A DNA stretch of 64,000 bases, from the IMG/VR virus record IMGVR_UViG_3300022699_000224, positions 1-64,000 of that record. One strand, given 5' to 3'. The notes under the pieces were generated by a model. That model ran no database searches, was not told where the DNA came from, and worked only from the letters and a program-made list of their open reading frames with translations. Shown here in pieces: positions 1 through 9,179 of this stretch. The stretch's first letter is position 1. Each line of letters starts with the position of its first letter. A program made the position numbers and the translations under genes. The stretch is from a virus.

Positions 1-483
1 AATTTAAAATGGCAGTGTTATAAGTATAATGAAATAAATGAATTAAATAATAGATTAGAAAAAAATAATATTATATTAGGTAATGGAGTTGAGTTAGGTG
101 ATTATGTTATATTAGGTAATGGAGTTAGATTAGGTGATTATGTTATATTAGGTAATGATGTTAAGTTAGGTAATGGAGTTGAGTTAGGTAATGGAGTTGA
201 GTTAGGTAATGATGTTGAGTTAGGTGATTATGTTAGCTTAGGTAATAATGTTGAGTTAGGTAATGGAGTTAAGTTAAATAAAACTCCTCTGCAAATTCAA
301 GGTTCTAAGCACTTAATAACTGCTGTTAATAAAGATTATATTCAAATTGGTTGTAAAATATTATCAATAAAACAATGGGAAAAGTTAGGCAGGGTAATAG
401 CAAAAAAAGCAGGGTATAATGATAAGGAAATAAAAGAATATAAAAGATATATAAAAGTTACTGAACTGCTTTTAAGTAAATAG
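1..483 (+). CDS. Hexapeptide-repeat (left-handed beta-helix) protein, 5'-truncated by window edge
   Basis: Frame +1 is open from base 1 to TAG 481-483 (not in ORF track): ...LEKNNII(LGxxVx)x11 LNKTPLQIQGSKHLI...IQIGCKILSIKQWE...EIKEYKRYI. Confidence 0.85.
   Translation, partial: NLKWQCYKYNEINELNNRLEKNNIILGNGVELGDYVILGNGVRLGDYVILGNDVKLGNGVELGNGVELGNDVELGDYVSLGNNVELGNGVKLNKTPLQIQGSKHLITAVNKDYIQIGCKILSIKQWEKLGRVIAKKAGYNDKEIKEYKRYIKVTELLLSK
76..273 (+). repeat. 11 x 18-bp tandem repeat (ttaggt[a/g]atNNNgttNNN)
   Basis: Directly visible; encodes LG[ND]xVx hexapeptides. Confidence 0.95.
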
Positions 484-502
484 GGAGTAATAAGTTTCAA
501 AA

Positions 503-892
503 ATGATAGTCTATAAATGGGTTATAGAAAAAAATAATAAATTTTTTCCGATAATAAATAATGGAGCATTTAAGCTATTTAATAAGTTAAATTTAGGATA
601 TTATACTTTAGGAAAAACATATAAAAATTTTATTAATCCTTATTTATTATTAAAAGACAGTTATATACATACTAAAAGACAAAGGAGTTTTCATAGAACA
701 GGTTACCATTTTTGGATTAAAAAAAATAATAATGAAGAATTAAAAAGATATAATTTATGTATGAAACGTCAAACAGGAAAAAGAATTAATTGTATATTAA
801 CTTGTTATATAAGAAATAAAGATATAATTAAAATAAGTAACAATAGAGTAATAGCTAAAAAATTTAGAATACTTAAAAAAGAGTATATTTAA
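503..892 (+). CDS. Hypothetical protein
   Basis: ORF track, GGAG upstream. Confidence 0.6.
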   Translation: MIVYKWVIEKNNKFFPIINNGAFKLFNKLNLGYYTLGKTYKNFINPYLLLKDSYIHTKRQRSFHRTGYHFWIKKNNNEELKRYNLCMKRQTGKRINCILTCYIRNKDIIKISNNRVIAKKFRILKKEYI

Positions 893-905
893 AACAGGAT
901 TAAAA

Positions 906-1292
906 ATGTATAATAATGACTACGATATTAGTTGGGATTATGAATTAGATGATAAATTAAATAAAAATTTTATTACTCTTATTAACAAAGCAATTAAATG
1001 GATTAAAAAAGAAAAATTAAATTTAAGAATTAATTTTAATGTATTTCCTATTTTATTATCAAATAATCAATTAGGAATATATTGTAATGGAACTTATAAA
1101 AATGCAGTTATTGGTATTGATATAAGAAATATAATATCTGCTTGTAAAGAATATAGTATAGGTTTAAATTTAGCAATAAAGACTACAATATTACACGAAA
1201 TAAGGCATGCTTGGCAAGAAAGGAATAAATTAGAGTTTGATGAAATAGACGCAGAAGATTATGCTTACTATTCTTCACTTGACAAAGTTTGA
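906..1292 (+). CDS. Putative zincin metallopeptidase
   Basis: HEIRHAWQ (HExxH) followed by E..AE.YA. Confidence 0.65.
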   Translation: MYNNDYDISWDYELDDKLNKNFITLINKAIKWIKKEKLNLRINFNVFPILLSNNQLGIYCNGTYKNAVIGIDIRNIISACKEYSIGLNLAIKTTILHEIRHAWQERNKLEFDEIDAEDYAYYSSLDKV

Positions 1293-1307
1293 AAAATATG
1301 TTATACT
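1279..1307 (+). promoter_or_regulatory. Sigma70-type promoter with extended -10
   Basis: TTGACA(1279-1284)-17 bp-TATACT(1302-1307), preceded by TGn. Confidence 0.8.
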
Positions 1308-1371
1308 TATAACAAGAAATAAAAATAGGAGAATATATGAAATTATGGACTAATTTTAAGGAGGTAAAATA

Positions 1372-1554
1372 ATGAAAAAAAATCTAAAAAATATATTAGC
1401 CATAGCAGATAGTTATAAGGAAATAGCTGATATTTTATATGATGTTGCTAATAGCAGGTTTACTAAAAAAGAAGCTTTAAATAGAGCAAGTCCGTATAAT
1501 GAATTAGATATCAAAACTGCTTTAGATGAAACAGAGAGTTTTTGTAAAAATTAA
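1372..1554 (+). CDS. Hypothetical protein
   Basis: ORF with strong AAGGAGGT RBS. Confidence 0.65.
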   Translation: MKKNLKNILAIADSYKEIADILYDVANSRFTKKEALNRASPYNELDIKTALDETESFCKN

Positions 1555-1709
1555 TTTATTCTATTAGAATATGAATTTAATCATTTACAAAATAAATTAC
1601 ATAATAGAAATTTAAGAAAATTTAGAGATAATAAATTAGAAACAAACGATTTTAGAGATAATATAAAACCTCGCCCTTTATTTAAAGTAATACAAGGAGA
1701 TATTGAAAA

Positions 1710-2189
1710 ATGGGAAAGGATAAAGAAATAAGAAAATTAAAACAACAATTAGCAAGATATAAAAATCTTTCGTATAAAGACTCTCTAACTAATTTATGGA
1801 ATAGAAGAAAATTAAAACAAGATATAAAAAGATATAAAAGTTTAAGAAGAAGATTTGGAATAAAATTTTTATTAATAATGATAGATATAAATAAATTTAA
1901 AGAAATTAATGATACTAAAGGACATAAATTTGGTGATAATATTCTAAAAAAAATAGCAAAAAAACTAATAAAAAATATAAGAAATTATGAAAATGTATAT
2001 AGAATTTCTGGTGATGAATTTGTGATGATTATTTCTCATTATAAAAATTATGAAATAATTATTAGAAGAATTAAACGTATATTAAAACATATAAATATTA
2101 ACGCAAGTATAGGTATTTGTAAAATAGAGAAAAACAATTGTTTAGATATTGCAGATAAAAATATGTATAAAAACAAGAGGAAAAAATGA
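1710..2189 (+). CDS. Stand-alone GGDEF-domain diguanylate cyclase
   Basis: D.LT.LWNRR, DINKFKEINDTKGH..GD, R.SGDEF, ASIG, AD..MY..K. Confidence 0.9.
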   Translation: MGKDKEIRKLKQQLARYKNLSYKDSLTNLWNRRKLKQDIKRYKSLRRRFGIKFLLIMIDINKFKEINDTKGHKFGDNILKKIAKKLIKNIRNYENVYRISGDEFVMIISHYKNYEIIIRRIKRILKHININASIGICKIEKNNCLDIADKNMYKNKRKK

Positions 2190-3325
2190 TTATTATTTTA
2201 ACCTTATTCATTATAACTATAATCGTGTTAGGTGCAAATAAAGGAATTAGAAACATATCAAATAATATAAATAATTTAAATAATGAACGTTACGATAATA
2301 CTGAAAATATGGATAATTATCCTTTACAAGTAGAAGTTGTAAATACAAATAAAAATTTAGAAAAATATGATTTCTTTGTAGATAGAAAAGAAGATAAATT
2401 AGATACTGAACCTAAAAATTGGGAAGAATATATAGGACAGGAAGAAACTAAATCTACTATAAGAGAAACATTACAAGCAGTTAATAACGATAAAACTATT
2501 CCTTATCCTCATTTATTAATAAGTGGAAATGCAGGTTACGGAAAAAGTGCATTAATACATTTATTATCTAAAAAAAGTCAATTTCCGTTAATAGAAACTG
2601 TTGCAGGGAATTTAAAAGAAAAAGAAGATATATATGAATTACTTGCTAAACTTACAAAAGAATTTCCATTTAGTATAATTTTTATTGATGAAATTCATGG
2701 ATTAAAAAAGGAAATAGGAGAAATTTTATTACCAATAACTCAAACTTTTAAAGTTAATAATAGACCTATACCTTATTTTACCCTTGCAGGTGCTACTACT
2801 GATTTAGGTGCATTAGCAAAAAAATTAAGTCCTTTGGTAGATAGATGTAAACAAAAATTTATTTTAAGACCTTATACCAATAAAGAATTAGCAAAAATTA
2901 TAAAAAATCAAGCTATAAAAAGAGATTTAGAATTTACTAAAGATACTTTACTTGAAATAGCATCAAGAAGCAGAGAAACTCCAAGATTAGCATTAAGTTT
3001 ATTAGATAATATTTATTATTATGCTAAATTTAAACGAATAAATAAAACAAGCAAAGGGGTGGCTATAAAGAAAATGAATAATTTAAGAATATATGAAAAT
3101 GGTGTAACAGATAAAGATATTAATTTGTTATCTTATCTTAGTAATCAAAAAAATCCAGTTGGATTAGATACTATTATTCAAGTATTAAATACTGATAAAT
3201 TAACTTATCAATATTATATAGAACCGTTTTTAGTTAGAAAAAGATTTATTAGTAAAACTCCAAGAGGAAGGATTATAGGCAAAGAAGGAGAAATATATTT
3301 AAAAACTCATAAAATAAAAATATAA
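2186..3325 (+). CDS. ruvB: RuvB-like Holliday junction branch-migration AAA+ ATPase with N-terminal hydrophobic segment
   Basis: P...EEYIGQE, GNAGYGKS, IFIDEIH, FTLAGATT, SRETPR, IEPFL...KTPRGR. Confidence 0.85.
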   Translation: MIIILTLFIITIIVLGANKGIRNISNNINNLNNERYDNTENMDNYPLQVEVVNTNKNLEKYDFFVDRKEDKLDTEPKNWEEYIGQEETKSTIRETLQAVNNDKTIPYPHLLISGNAGYGKSALIHLLSKKSQFPLIETVAGNLKEKEDIYELLAKLTKEFPFSIIFIDEIHGLKKEIGEILLPITQTFKVNNRPIPYFTLAGATTDLGALAKKLSPLVDRCKQKFILRPYTNKELAKIIKNQAIKRDLEFTKDTLLEIASRSRETPRLALSLLDNIYYYAKFKRINKTSKGVAIKKMNNLRIYENGVTDKDINLLSYLSNQKNPVGLDTIIQVLNTDKLTYQYYIEPFLVRKRFISKTPRGRIIGKEGEIYLKTHKIKI

Positions 3326-3334
3326 GGAGATAAA

Positions 3335-4063
3335 ATGAAAAAATGTATATATTTATTAGGTGATAATTATAATTTAAAACGTTATGAATATGAGCAAATA
3401 AAGGAATTAAAAGATAAATTAGAAAAAAATAATATTATATTAGGTAATGGAGTTAGGTTAGGTAATAATGTTGAGTTAGGTAATAGAGTTAGGTTAGGTA
3501 ATTATGTTATATTAGGTAATAATGTTGAGTTAGGTAATAGAGTTAGGTTAGGTAATTATGTTAAGTTAGGTAATAATGTTGAGTTAGGTAATAGAGTTGA
3601 GTTAGGTAATGGAGTTGAGTTAGGTAATTATGTTATATTAGGTAATGATGTTGAGTTAGGTAATAATATTGAGTTAGGTGATTATGTTAGGTTAGGTAAT
3701 GGAGTTGAATTAAACAAAAATTATACGTTAAAGCAATTAATATTAGGAAGTTTGAATATTATACCTGATAAAAATGGAAATTATTTGTTATATAAAAGGG
3801 TAAATAAAATAGTTAAGGGTAAATATGCTTCTATATATGATAAATCATTTATATATGAAAATAATAAAATAGCAAAAGCGAAAAAAATAAATGAGAATAT
3901 TAATAATCCCTGTGCAGAAAGTTTACATGTATCTACACCTAATTATTGGAATACAGGAGATACTTTAATAGAAGTAAAAGTTAATATTAAGGATATTATT
4001 ACATGTAGGTTAGGGAAATTAAGAGTTAGAAAATTAAAAGTATTAAGAGAGGTAAAAATATAA
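3335..4063 (+). CDS. Hexapeptide-repeat (LbH) protein with distinct C-terminal phage domain
   Basis: 15 LG[ND]x[VI]x repeats then YKRV...CAESLH...W...GKLRV domain. Confidence 0.85.
   Translation: MKKCIYLLGDNYNLKRYEYEQIKELKDKLEKNNIILGNGVRLGNNVELGNRVRLGNYVILGNNVELGNRVRLGNYVKLGNNVELGNRVELGNGVELGNYVILGNDVELGNNIELGDYVRLGNGVELNKNYTLKQLILGSLNIIPDKNGNYLLYKRVNKIVKGKYASIYDKSFIYENNKIAKAKKINENINNPCAESLHVSTPNYWNTGDTLIEVKVNIKDIITCRLGKLRVRKLKVLREVKI
3440..3709 (+). repeat. 15 x 18-bp tandem repeat, same unit as 76-273
   Basis: Directly visible; 37-bp identity between 54-90 and 3418-3454. Confidence 0.95.
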
Positions 4064-4245
4064 TGAATTGGTTAGAAAATAAAAAATATGGTGAAATAAT
4101 AATTAAAACTCCATTAAAAGAATTAAAAAAATGGATAAAATTAATAGAAAAAAGTAAATTGAAAAGATATGAAATAAAACTTTATAAAACTCATTTTGTA
4201 AAATATTTAGAAAGGAGTGATATATATAATGACAAAACTATCTGA
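4063..4245 (+). CDS. Hypothetical protein
   Basis: ORF, TAATG coupling to upstream gene. Confidence 0.55.
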   Translation: MNWLENKKYGEIIIKTPLKELKKWIKLIEKSKLKRYEIKLYKTHFVKYLERSDIYNDKTI

Positions 4246-4573
4246 AAGACTAAAAAATAGAAGTATTAATTCTTTAAAGAATTTTATTTCTAAATCTCGC
4301 AAAAGAAAATTAAGCAAAAATAAACTTAATCTTATAAAAAACTTGATAAAAGAAAAGGAAAAATACAACAAATTATTAGCTAAAAAAATTATTAATTCTC
4401 CATTAGCTAAACTTGCAAAAATAAAAATAATAGCACAGAAAAAAATAAATATTAATAAAAAAATAAATGCAAGTGATTTATTATTAACTATGTGGCAAAT
4501 CATAATAGAAGCAGAAAAAAGTAAGCCAAAATATAAAAAATTAAAAGAATATATAGAGGATTATAATGATTAA
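4229..4573 (+). CDS. Hypothetical basic protein
   Basis: ORF track (start moved to ATG 4229 after AAGGAG). Confidence 0.55.
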   Translation: MTKLSERLKNRSINSLKNFISKSRKRKLSKNKLNLIKNLIKEKEKYNKLLAKKIINSPLAKLAKIKIIAQKKININKKINASDLLLTMWQIIIEAEKSKPKYKKLKEYIEDYND

Positions 4574-5357
4574 TGAATTTAAAGAGTATTTAATAATAAA
4601 TGGATATTCAAAATCTACTATTACAGATTATCTCTATCGTGTAAATATTTTATTAAAAGAAAACAAAATAGAAGATTTAAACGAAGAAAATATTAGAAAT
4701 TTTTTCTTTAAACTTAAAGACAAATATAATCCAATAACTATAAATCTTTTTAGAAGTGCTATTAAATTATTTTTAGAGTTTTTAGATAAGAATATAAGAC
4801 TTCCTAAAAGTATAAAAATAGAAGATAAATTACCAGATAGTATAGAAGAAAAATTTTTTAGAAAGAAAATAATTCCAACAGTTGAGAAATATTGCGATAA
4901 ACCTTTAAAAAACAAAGCAATACTATACTTTATGTTTTATACTGGAATAAGAGTAAGCGAATTTGAATTTATTTACAGAAAAAATATAGATTTTGAAAAA
5001 CGCAGAGTCAAAATATATATACCAAAAACAAAAGAAGAAAGAATTATACCATTTACAAAAGAAGTAGCAATTATTTTAAAAAGTTTTTTTATTACAGAAC
5101 CAGAAGATAAAAATGCTTTTAATATTACTAAAAGTGGTGTGCAAAGATTATGTGATAGACTAAAAAAATATTTTCCAGATATTAAATTGAGACCTCATCT
5201 ATTTAGACATTCTTATGCTACTATGATGTTAGAAAGAGGTTTAGACGTAAGCAAAGTAAGTAAATTGTTAGGACATAAAAATATAAATACTACTCTTAAA
5301 TATTTAAGATTAGATATAGATACTTTACAGAAAGGATATGATAAAGCATTTGAATAA
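4566..5357 (+). CDS. Tyrosine recombinase / integrase (XerC/D-like)
   Basis: TGIRVSE, K, HLFRHSYAT, LLGH, T..Y catalytic set; N-terminal SAM-like core-binding domain. Confidence 0.92.
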   Translation: MINEFKEYLIINGYSKSTITDYLYRVNILLKENKIEDLNEENIRNFFFKLKDKYNPITINLFRSAIKLFLEFLDKNIRLPKSIKIEDKLPDSIEEKFFRKKIIPTVEKYCDKPLKNKAILYFMFYTGIRVSEFEFIYRKNIDFEKRRVKIYIPKTKEERIIPFTKEVAIILKSFFITEPEDKNAFNITKSGVQRLCDRLKKYFPDIKLRPHLFRHSYATMMLERGLDVSKVSKLLGHKNINTTLKYLRLDIDTLQKGYDKAFE

Positions 5358-5678
5358 AATTAAAGGAGATAAAGTGATTTATAATTTATATTATTATTTA
5401 ATGTTAATAGGTTATTTAGGATTAGTCTTTTATGCAAATAATTTAAAAAATAAAATTATTGGTATATTATTATTAATAGTAAATGCATTAATATTTAAAA
5501 GATGAATAAAAATTTTTTCATAGAATTTATTAAGGATATTATAGGATTTTTTAAAGCATTGTGGTATGTTATTGCTTTTTCTATATTAAGAAATATTTTT
5601 ATTATATTATTTATTAGTGTGATATTTCTATTTATCAATATAGTATTTAATTAAAATAACAAATTAAAGGAGGGATAA

Positions 5679-5873
5679 ATGAAATATATTGAATACGGAA
5701 GAAGTAGGATTGAAGTAAAGCAAATTGAATTTAAGGATAGAAAATTTATTGATGTAAGAAAATATTATCCTGATAATGAAACAGATGAATGGAAACCTAC
5801 AAGAAAAGGTATTGCTATTCCATTAGACCAAGCTAATAAAATAGCTAATTTTATTAAAGAAGTTAATAAATAA
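5679..5873 (+). CDS. PC4/YdbC-like ssDNA-binding protein
   Basis: FIDVRKYY...WKPTRKGIAI signature. Confidence 0.85.
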   Translation: MKYIEYGRSRIEVKQIEFKDRKFIDVRKYYPDNETDEWKPTRKGIAIPLDQANKIANFIKEVNK

Positions 5874-5879
5874 TTAATT

Positions 5880-6070
5880 ATTATTATATTTATACGTAAC
5901 GTATACGTATACTAATAAGTATAATTATACGTATAATAATACTTTATAAATTACGTATATACTTACGTTACTACTTATTAACATAAGTAGAGATATATCC
6001 AAAAAAAATTACTATAATTGCTTAATTTAACGTAAGTATATGTAATATAGTAAGTTATAATGATTTAATA
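5880..6070. repeat. Palindrome-rich non-coding region, candidate replication origin or recombination site
   Basis: Seven ACGT cores; palindromes 5901-5912 and 5924-5937; 14-bp inverted repeat 5957-5970/6028-6041; hairpin 5971-5990. Confidence 0.6.
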
Positions 6071-6099
6071 AAAAAAAATTTAAAAATGTCATTAAAACC

Positions 6100-6128
6100 T
6101 TGTATATTTAGTATTTATATGTTATACT
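6100..6128 (+). promoter_or_regulatory. Sigma70-type promoter with extended -10
   Basis: TTGTAT-17 bp-TATACT with TGn; shares ATATGTTATACTT with 1279 and 15854 sites. Confidence 0.7.
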
Positions 6129-6169
6129 TTAAGTGAGAATAATAATTGTATTATTAATGTGAGGATAGT

Positions 6170-6430
6170 ATGGGTAGAACAAAAAATAATAAAGTTGAAA
6201 GAGGTAAGGGAAGAAAAGGTCGTTCAGCTATAACTTTTCAACTTAAACTTAATAGATTAGAAAAAACTTATAAAAGACTATTTAAAAAATCAAATCAATC
6301 AAAGAATAAAAATACTCGTTCTACTGGAAATTCTAATTCTAAGAAACGAGTATTTTTTTGTGATAAATATAAAACTTTTGATAGTTTTTTAAAAGTCAAT
6401 TCTATTAAAAAATCTAATAAACAAAAATGA
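6170..6430 (+). CDS. Small basic hypothetical protein
   Basis: ORF after promoter, GAGGA RBS. Confidence 0.55.
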   Translation: MGRTKNNKVERGKGRKGRSAITFQLKLNRLEKTYKRLFKKSNQSKNKNTRSTGNSNSKKRVFFCDKYKTFDSFLKVNSIKKSNKQK

Positions 6431-7146
6431 TTAATTTTTATTATATAACTAATCCATTTGATATTCAAGAAAAAGATTTTAAGAAAACTATAAATTTGAT
6501 GATGCAAATATTTCCATTTGATTGGGATTTTATTAATAAATTAAAACTTTCTATTGCTTCTTCTTGTTCTAATGGAAAAAAATATTCTAGATTTCTTTTG
6601 GTAGTAAAAATTAAAAAAAATATAGTAGGGTTTTGTATATTTAAAATTTGGTTAAATTATAATATAGCTATTTTAGAATATTTAGGAGTAGATAAAAATT
6701 ATCAAAATAAAGGACTAGGCTCTGCTTTATATGTTTATATGAAAAATTTTTTAAATATACGAAAACGTAAATGTTTATTATTTAATGCAGATAGAGATAC
6801 TGATTTTAAAAATAAATTACCTACGAAAGAAATTAATAGAAGAGAAGCATTATTAGAATTTTACGAAAAATTAGGTGCAAGACCTATTGAAGGAATTGTG
6901 TATGAACATCCATTAGAAATTACTAGAGAACGAAAAAATTACGAACACCCATATTTATTGATGGATACTATTTTTCCTTATGGAAAAGGAATATCAGGTA
7001 AAATATTGAGATATATTATAGAAATAGAAATGATAAATTATTATGATATATCTCCTATTAATCCTGTTTTATTGAAAATAACTAATTCTATAGATAAAAA
7101 TAAAATTTATAAAGTAAGAAAAAAATTATATACTTATGAAAAATAA
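6427..7146 (+). CDS. GNAT-family acetyltransferase
   Basis: LEYLGVDKNYQNKGLGSAL (motif A), FYEKLG. Confidence 0.85.
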   Translation: MINFYYITNPFDIQEKDFKKTINLMMQIFPFDWDFINKLKLSIASSCSNGKKYSRFLLVVKIKKNIVGFCIFKIWLNYNIAILEYLGVDKNYQNKGLGSALYVYMKNFLNIRKRKCLLFNADRDTDFKNKLPTKEINRREALLEFYEKLGARPIEGIVYEHPLEITRERKNYEHPYLLMDTIFPYGKGISGKILRYIIEIEMINYYDISPINPVLLKITNSIDKNKIYKVRKKLYTYEK

Positions 7147-7903
7147 AAAAATAAAAAGAAATTATTTAAGACTTATTAATTCTTTTCTCAATTTAAATAT
7201 ACCATTTGAGAAAGAAATAATAGGCACTGTTATATATGATAATATTTGTTATCCTATTTTAAAATTTATTAATAAAGAATATAATAGTAAATATCAAGTA
7301 ATTATACAAGCAGGTATTCATGGAGAAGAAGCTATAAGTATAAGAGTGTTATATAAATTTTTAAAAGAATTAACTCCTAAATATATTAAAGCATATAATT
7401 TTATTATTTTCCCTTGCCTAAATCCTTATGGATATACTTATAATGTAAGATATAATAGGTTTGGACAAAGTATTAATGATAGTAGTTTTAGTGAAAAAAT
7501 TAAAGAACTAAAAATAGTTAAAAAACATTATCCTATTGATGTAGATTTATTTATTGATATTCATGGAGACTGTGGTAAATATGGAAAACATCGTATATAT
7601 GCTTATGAAAGAGTAAGACCTGAAATGAAATCTATTGTTGAACAGGCATTTAAAGAGAATAAAAAAATAATTCCTTATATTACTAATGAAACTATATATG
7701 GCGAATATTGTAAAAATGGAGTTATATTTAATCCAGAGAGAGATAATTCGATACAAGATTATATGAGTGATATAGGTTGCGATTGTTCAATTACTTTAGA
7801 AATTCCTGGAAATTTGAAAGGACTTAATAGAATAATAGGCGGAATTAGAGTTTTGAAAAGTATTTTAAGAAATTTTTTAAAATATAAAGGGAGAAATGAC
7901 TAA
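7136..7903 (+). CDS. M14-family zinc carboxypeptidase / succinylglutamate desuccinylase-like deacylase
   Basis: AGIHGEE, PCLNPYG...R.N, FIDIHGD, TLE. Confidence 0.85.
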   Translation: MKNKKIKRNYLRLINSFLNLNIPFEKEIIGTVIYDNICYPILKFINKEYNSKYQVIIQAGIHGEEAISIRVLYKFLKELTPKYIKAYNFIIFPCLNPYGYTYNVRYNRFGQSINDSSFSEKIKELKIVKKHYPIDVDLFIDIHGDCGKYGKHRIYAYERVRPEMKSIVEQAFKENKKIIPYITNETIYGEYCKNGVIFNPERDNSIQDYMSDIGCDCSITLEIPGNLKGLNRIIGGIRVLKSILRNFLKYKGRND

Positions 7904-8402
7904 GAAACCAGAGAAAAGAGAAATAGACGAGATGACTTGTGGAGGTTGTAATCCAGATTACAATAGAGGACGCAATGATGGCATAGATGAATTTCAAGCC
8001 TACCACAATTATGAGATGGGGAAGTTGAGAAAAGAAATAGAAAAAGATAAACTTCAAGAAATATCATTAGAAAGAATAAAGAATATGGAATGGAACGGTA
8101 ATCCCAATCATTTTAAAAAAAATATTGCTATTGCCATAAGTCAAGCCATAGTCGACTATCTCCACTCTCAAGAGCGGAAGAAGGAAGAAAAATCGAGTCC
8201 ATTTATTGCTAACCTTAAAAAAGCTGATAAAGAATATAAAGAATTTTTAAATAACAATAAACCCATCAAACAAGAAAATAGATGTAAGTATTACAAGATA
8301 AAAGACGGATTGAAACACTTTTGCACTAAACATCAGCAGTTGATAGCAGGTTGGGGGTTGACTTGTGAACGATGTCCAGATAAACAGGAAAATAAAGATT
8401 AA
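7896..8402 (+). CDS. Hypothetical protein (higher GC, atypical codon use)
   Basis: ORF track; C-terminal C..H/C..C motif. Confidence 0.6.
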   Translation: MTKKPEKREIDEMTCGGCNPDYNRGRNDGIDEFQAYHNYEMGKLRKEIEKDKLQEISLERIKNMEWNGNPNHFKKNIAIAISQAIVDYLHSQERKKEEKSSPFIANLKKADKEYKEFLNNNKPIKQENRCKYYKIKDGLKHFCTKHQQLIAGWGLTCERCPDKQENKD

Positions 8403-8411
8403 GGTGAAGAT

Positions 8412-9164
8412 ATGTATATAATAAAACAAATTTTAATATTAGGTTCTATATTTTTGGCAGGGGTTGTATTTATGTATGTCAGAAATAAAATCAAAAATAG
8501 AACTATAAATGTAATTAAAGATAAAATCCAAACTAATTGCACTATTGGAAAGGTATATAGGAAAGACGGTAAAGAAATATTTAGTTCTAATAAATTTAAA
8601 AAAATGTTTTCTTTATTTGACGGTGTAGAATGGATAAAATCTATAAAAGAAATTTTAGATGGTAGAAAAATAATTATTTATGGATTAGTTATTATGACTA
8701 TGTTTGCATATGGTTGGTATAAAGGCAAGCAAAATACTCCAGTAAAAATTGATATAGGTTATGGAAAATCTGCAATATTAGATTTAGATAAAAATAGTCA
8801 ATTACATATAGATAAAAAAGGTAATGTGTTTTTAGAAGATAAAAAAGGAAAGGTATTGAAACAATTAAGCGTTAAAGATATTCCTAAATTGAAAAGAGAT
8901 TTAGCTCCTATAGGATTTACTTTTGAACCTATTGGTATTTTAGGTGGAGGATTAGGAGAAAAAGGAACTAATTTTGAGGCAGGAGCAGGTTTATCTTATC
9001 TTAGATATTGGAATTGGAATTTAGATACTTTTCTTACAAATAAAGGAATATATCCATTTGCTACTTCTTATGATTTAACTCAAAATTCTGCTATAGGATT
9101 AGGTGTAGGTAAAGGATGGAGAGGAGATAATAGAATAATTACTTATTATAGATGGTTATTTTAA
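8412..9164 (+). CDS. Membrane protein with Gly/aromatic-rich beta-strand C-terminus
   Basis: Two hydrophobic segments; C-terminal ...YYRWLF. Confidence 0.65.
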   Translation: MYIIKQILILGSIFLAGVVFMYVRNKIKNRTINVIKDKIQTNCTIGKVYRKDGKEIFSSNKFKKMFSLFDGVEWIKSIKEILDGRKIIIYGLVIMTMFAYGWYKGKQNTPVKIDIGYGKSAILDLDKNSQLHIDKKGNVFLEDKKGKVLKQLSVKDIPKLKRDLAPIGFTFEPIGILGGGLGEKGTNFEAGAGLSYLRYWNWNLDTFLTNKGIYPFATSYDLTQNSAIGLGVGKGWRGDNRIITYYRWLF

Positions 9165-9179
9165 TAGGAGTTATGTTTA

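Noticed and set aside
76-3709. 18-bp repeat arrays as CRISPR arrays or DGR template/variable repeats
   Set aside because: There are no unique spacers and the units are in-frame hexapeptide codons. No cas or reverse transcriptase gene is in the window, and variation is not confined to adenines.
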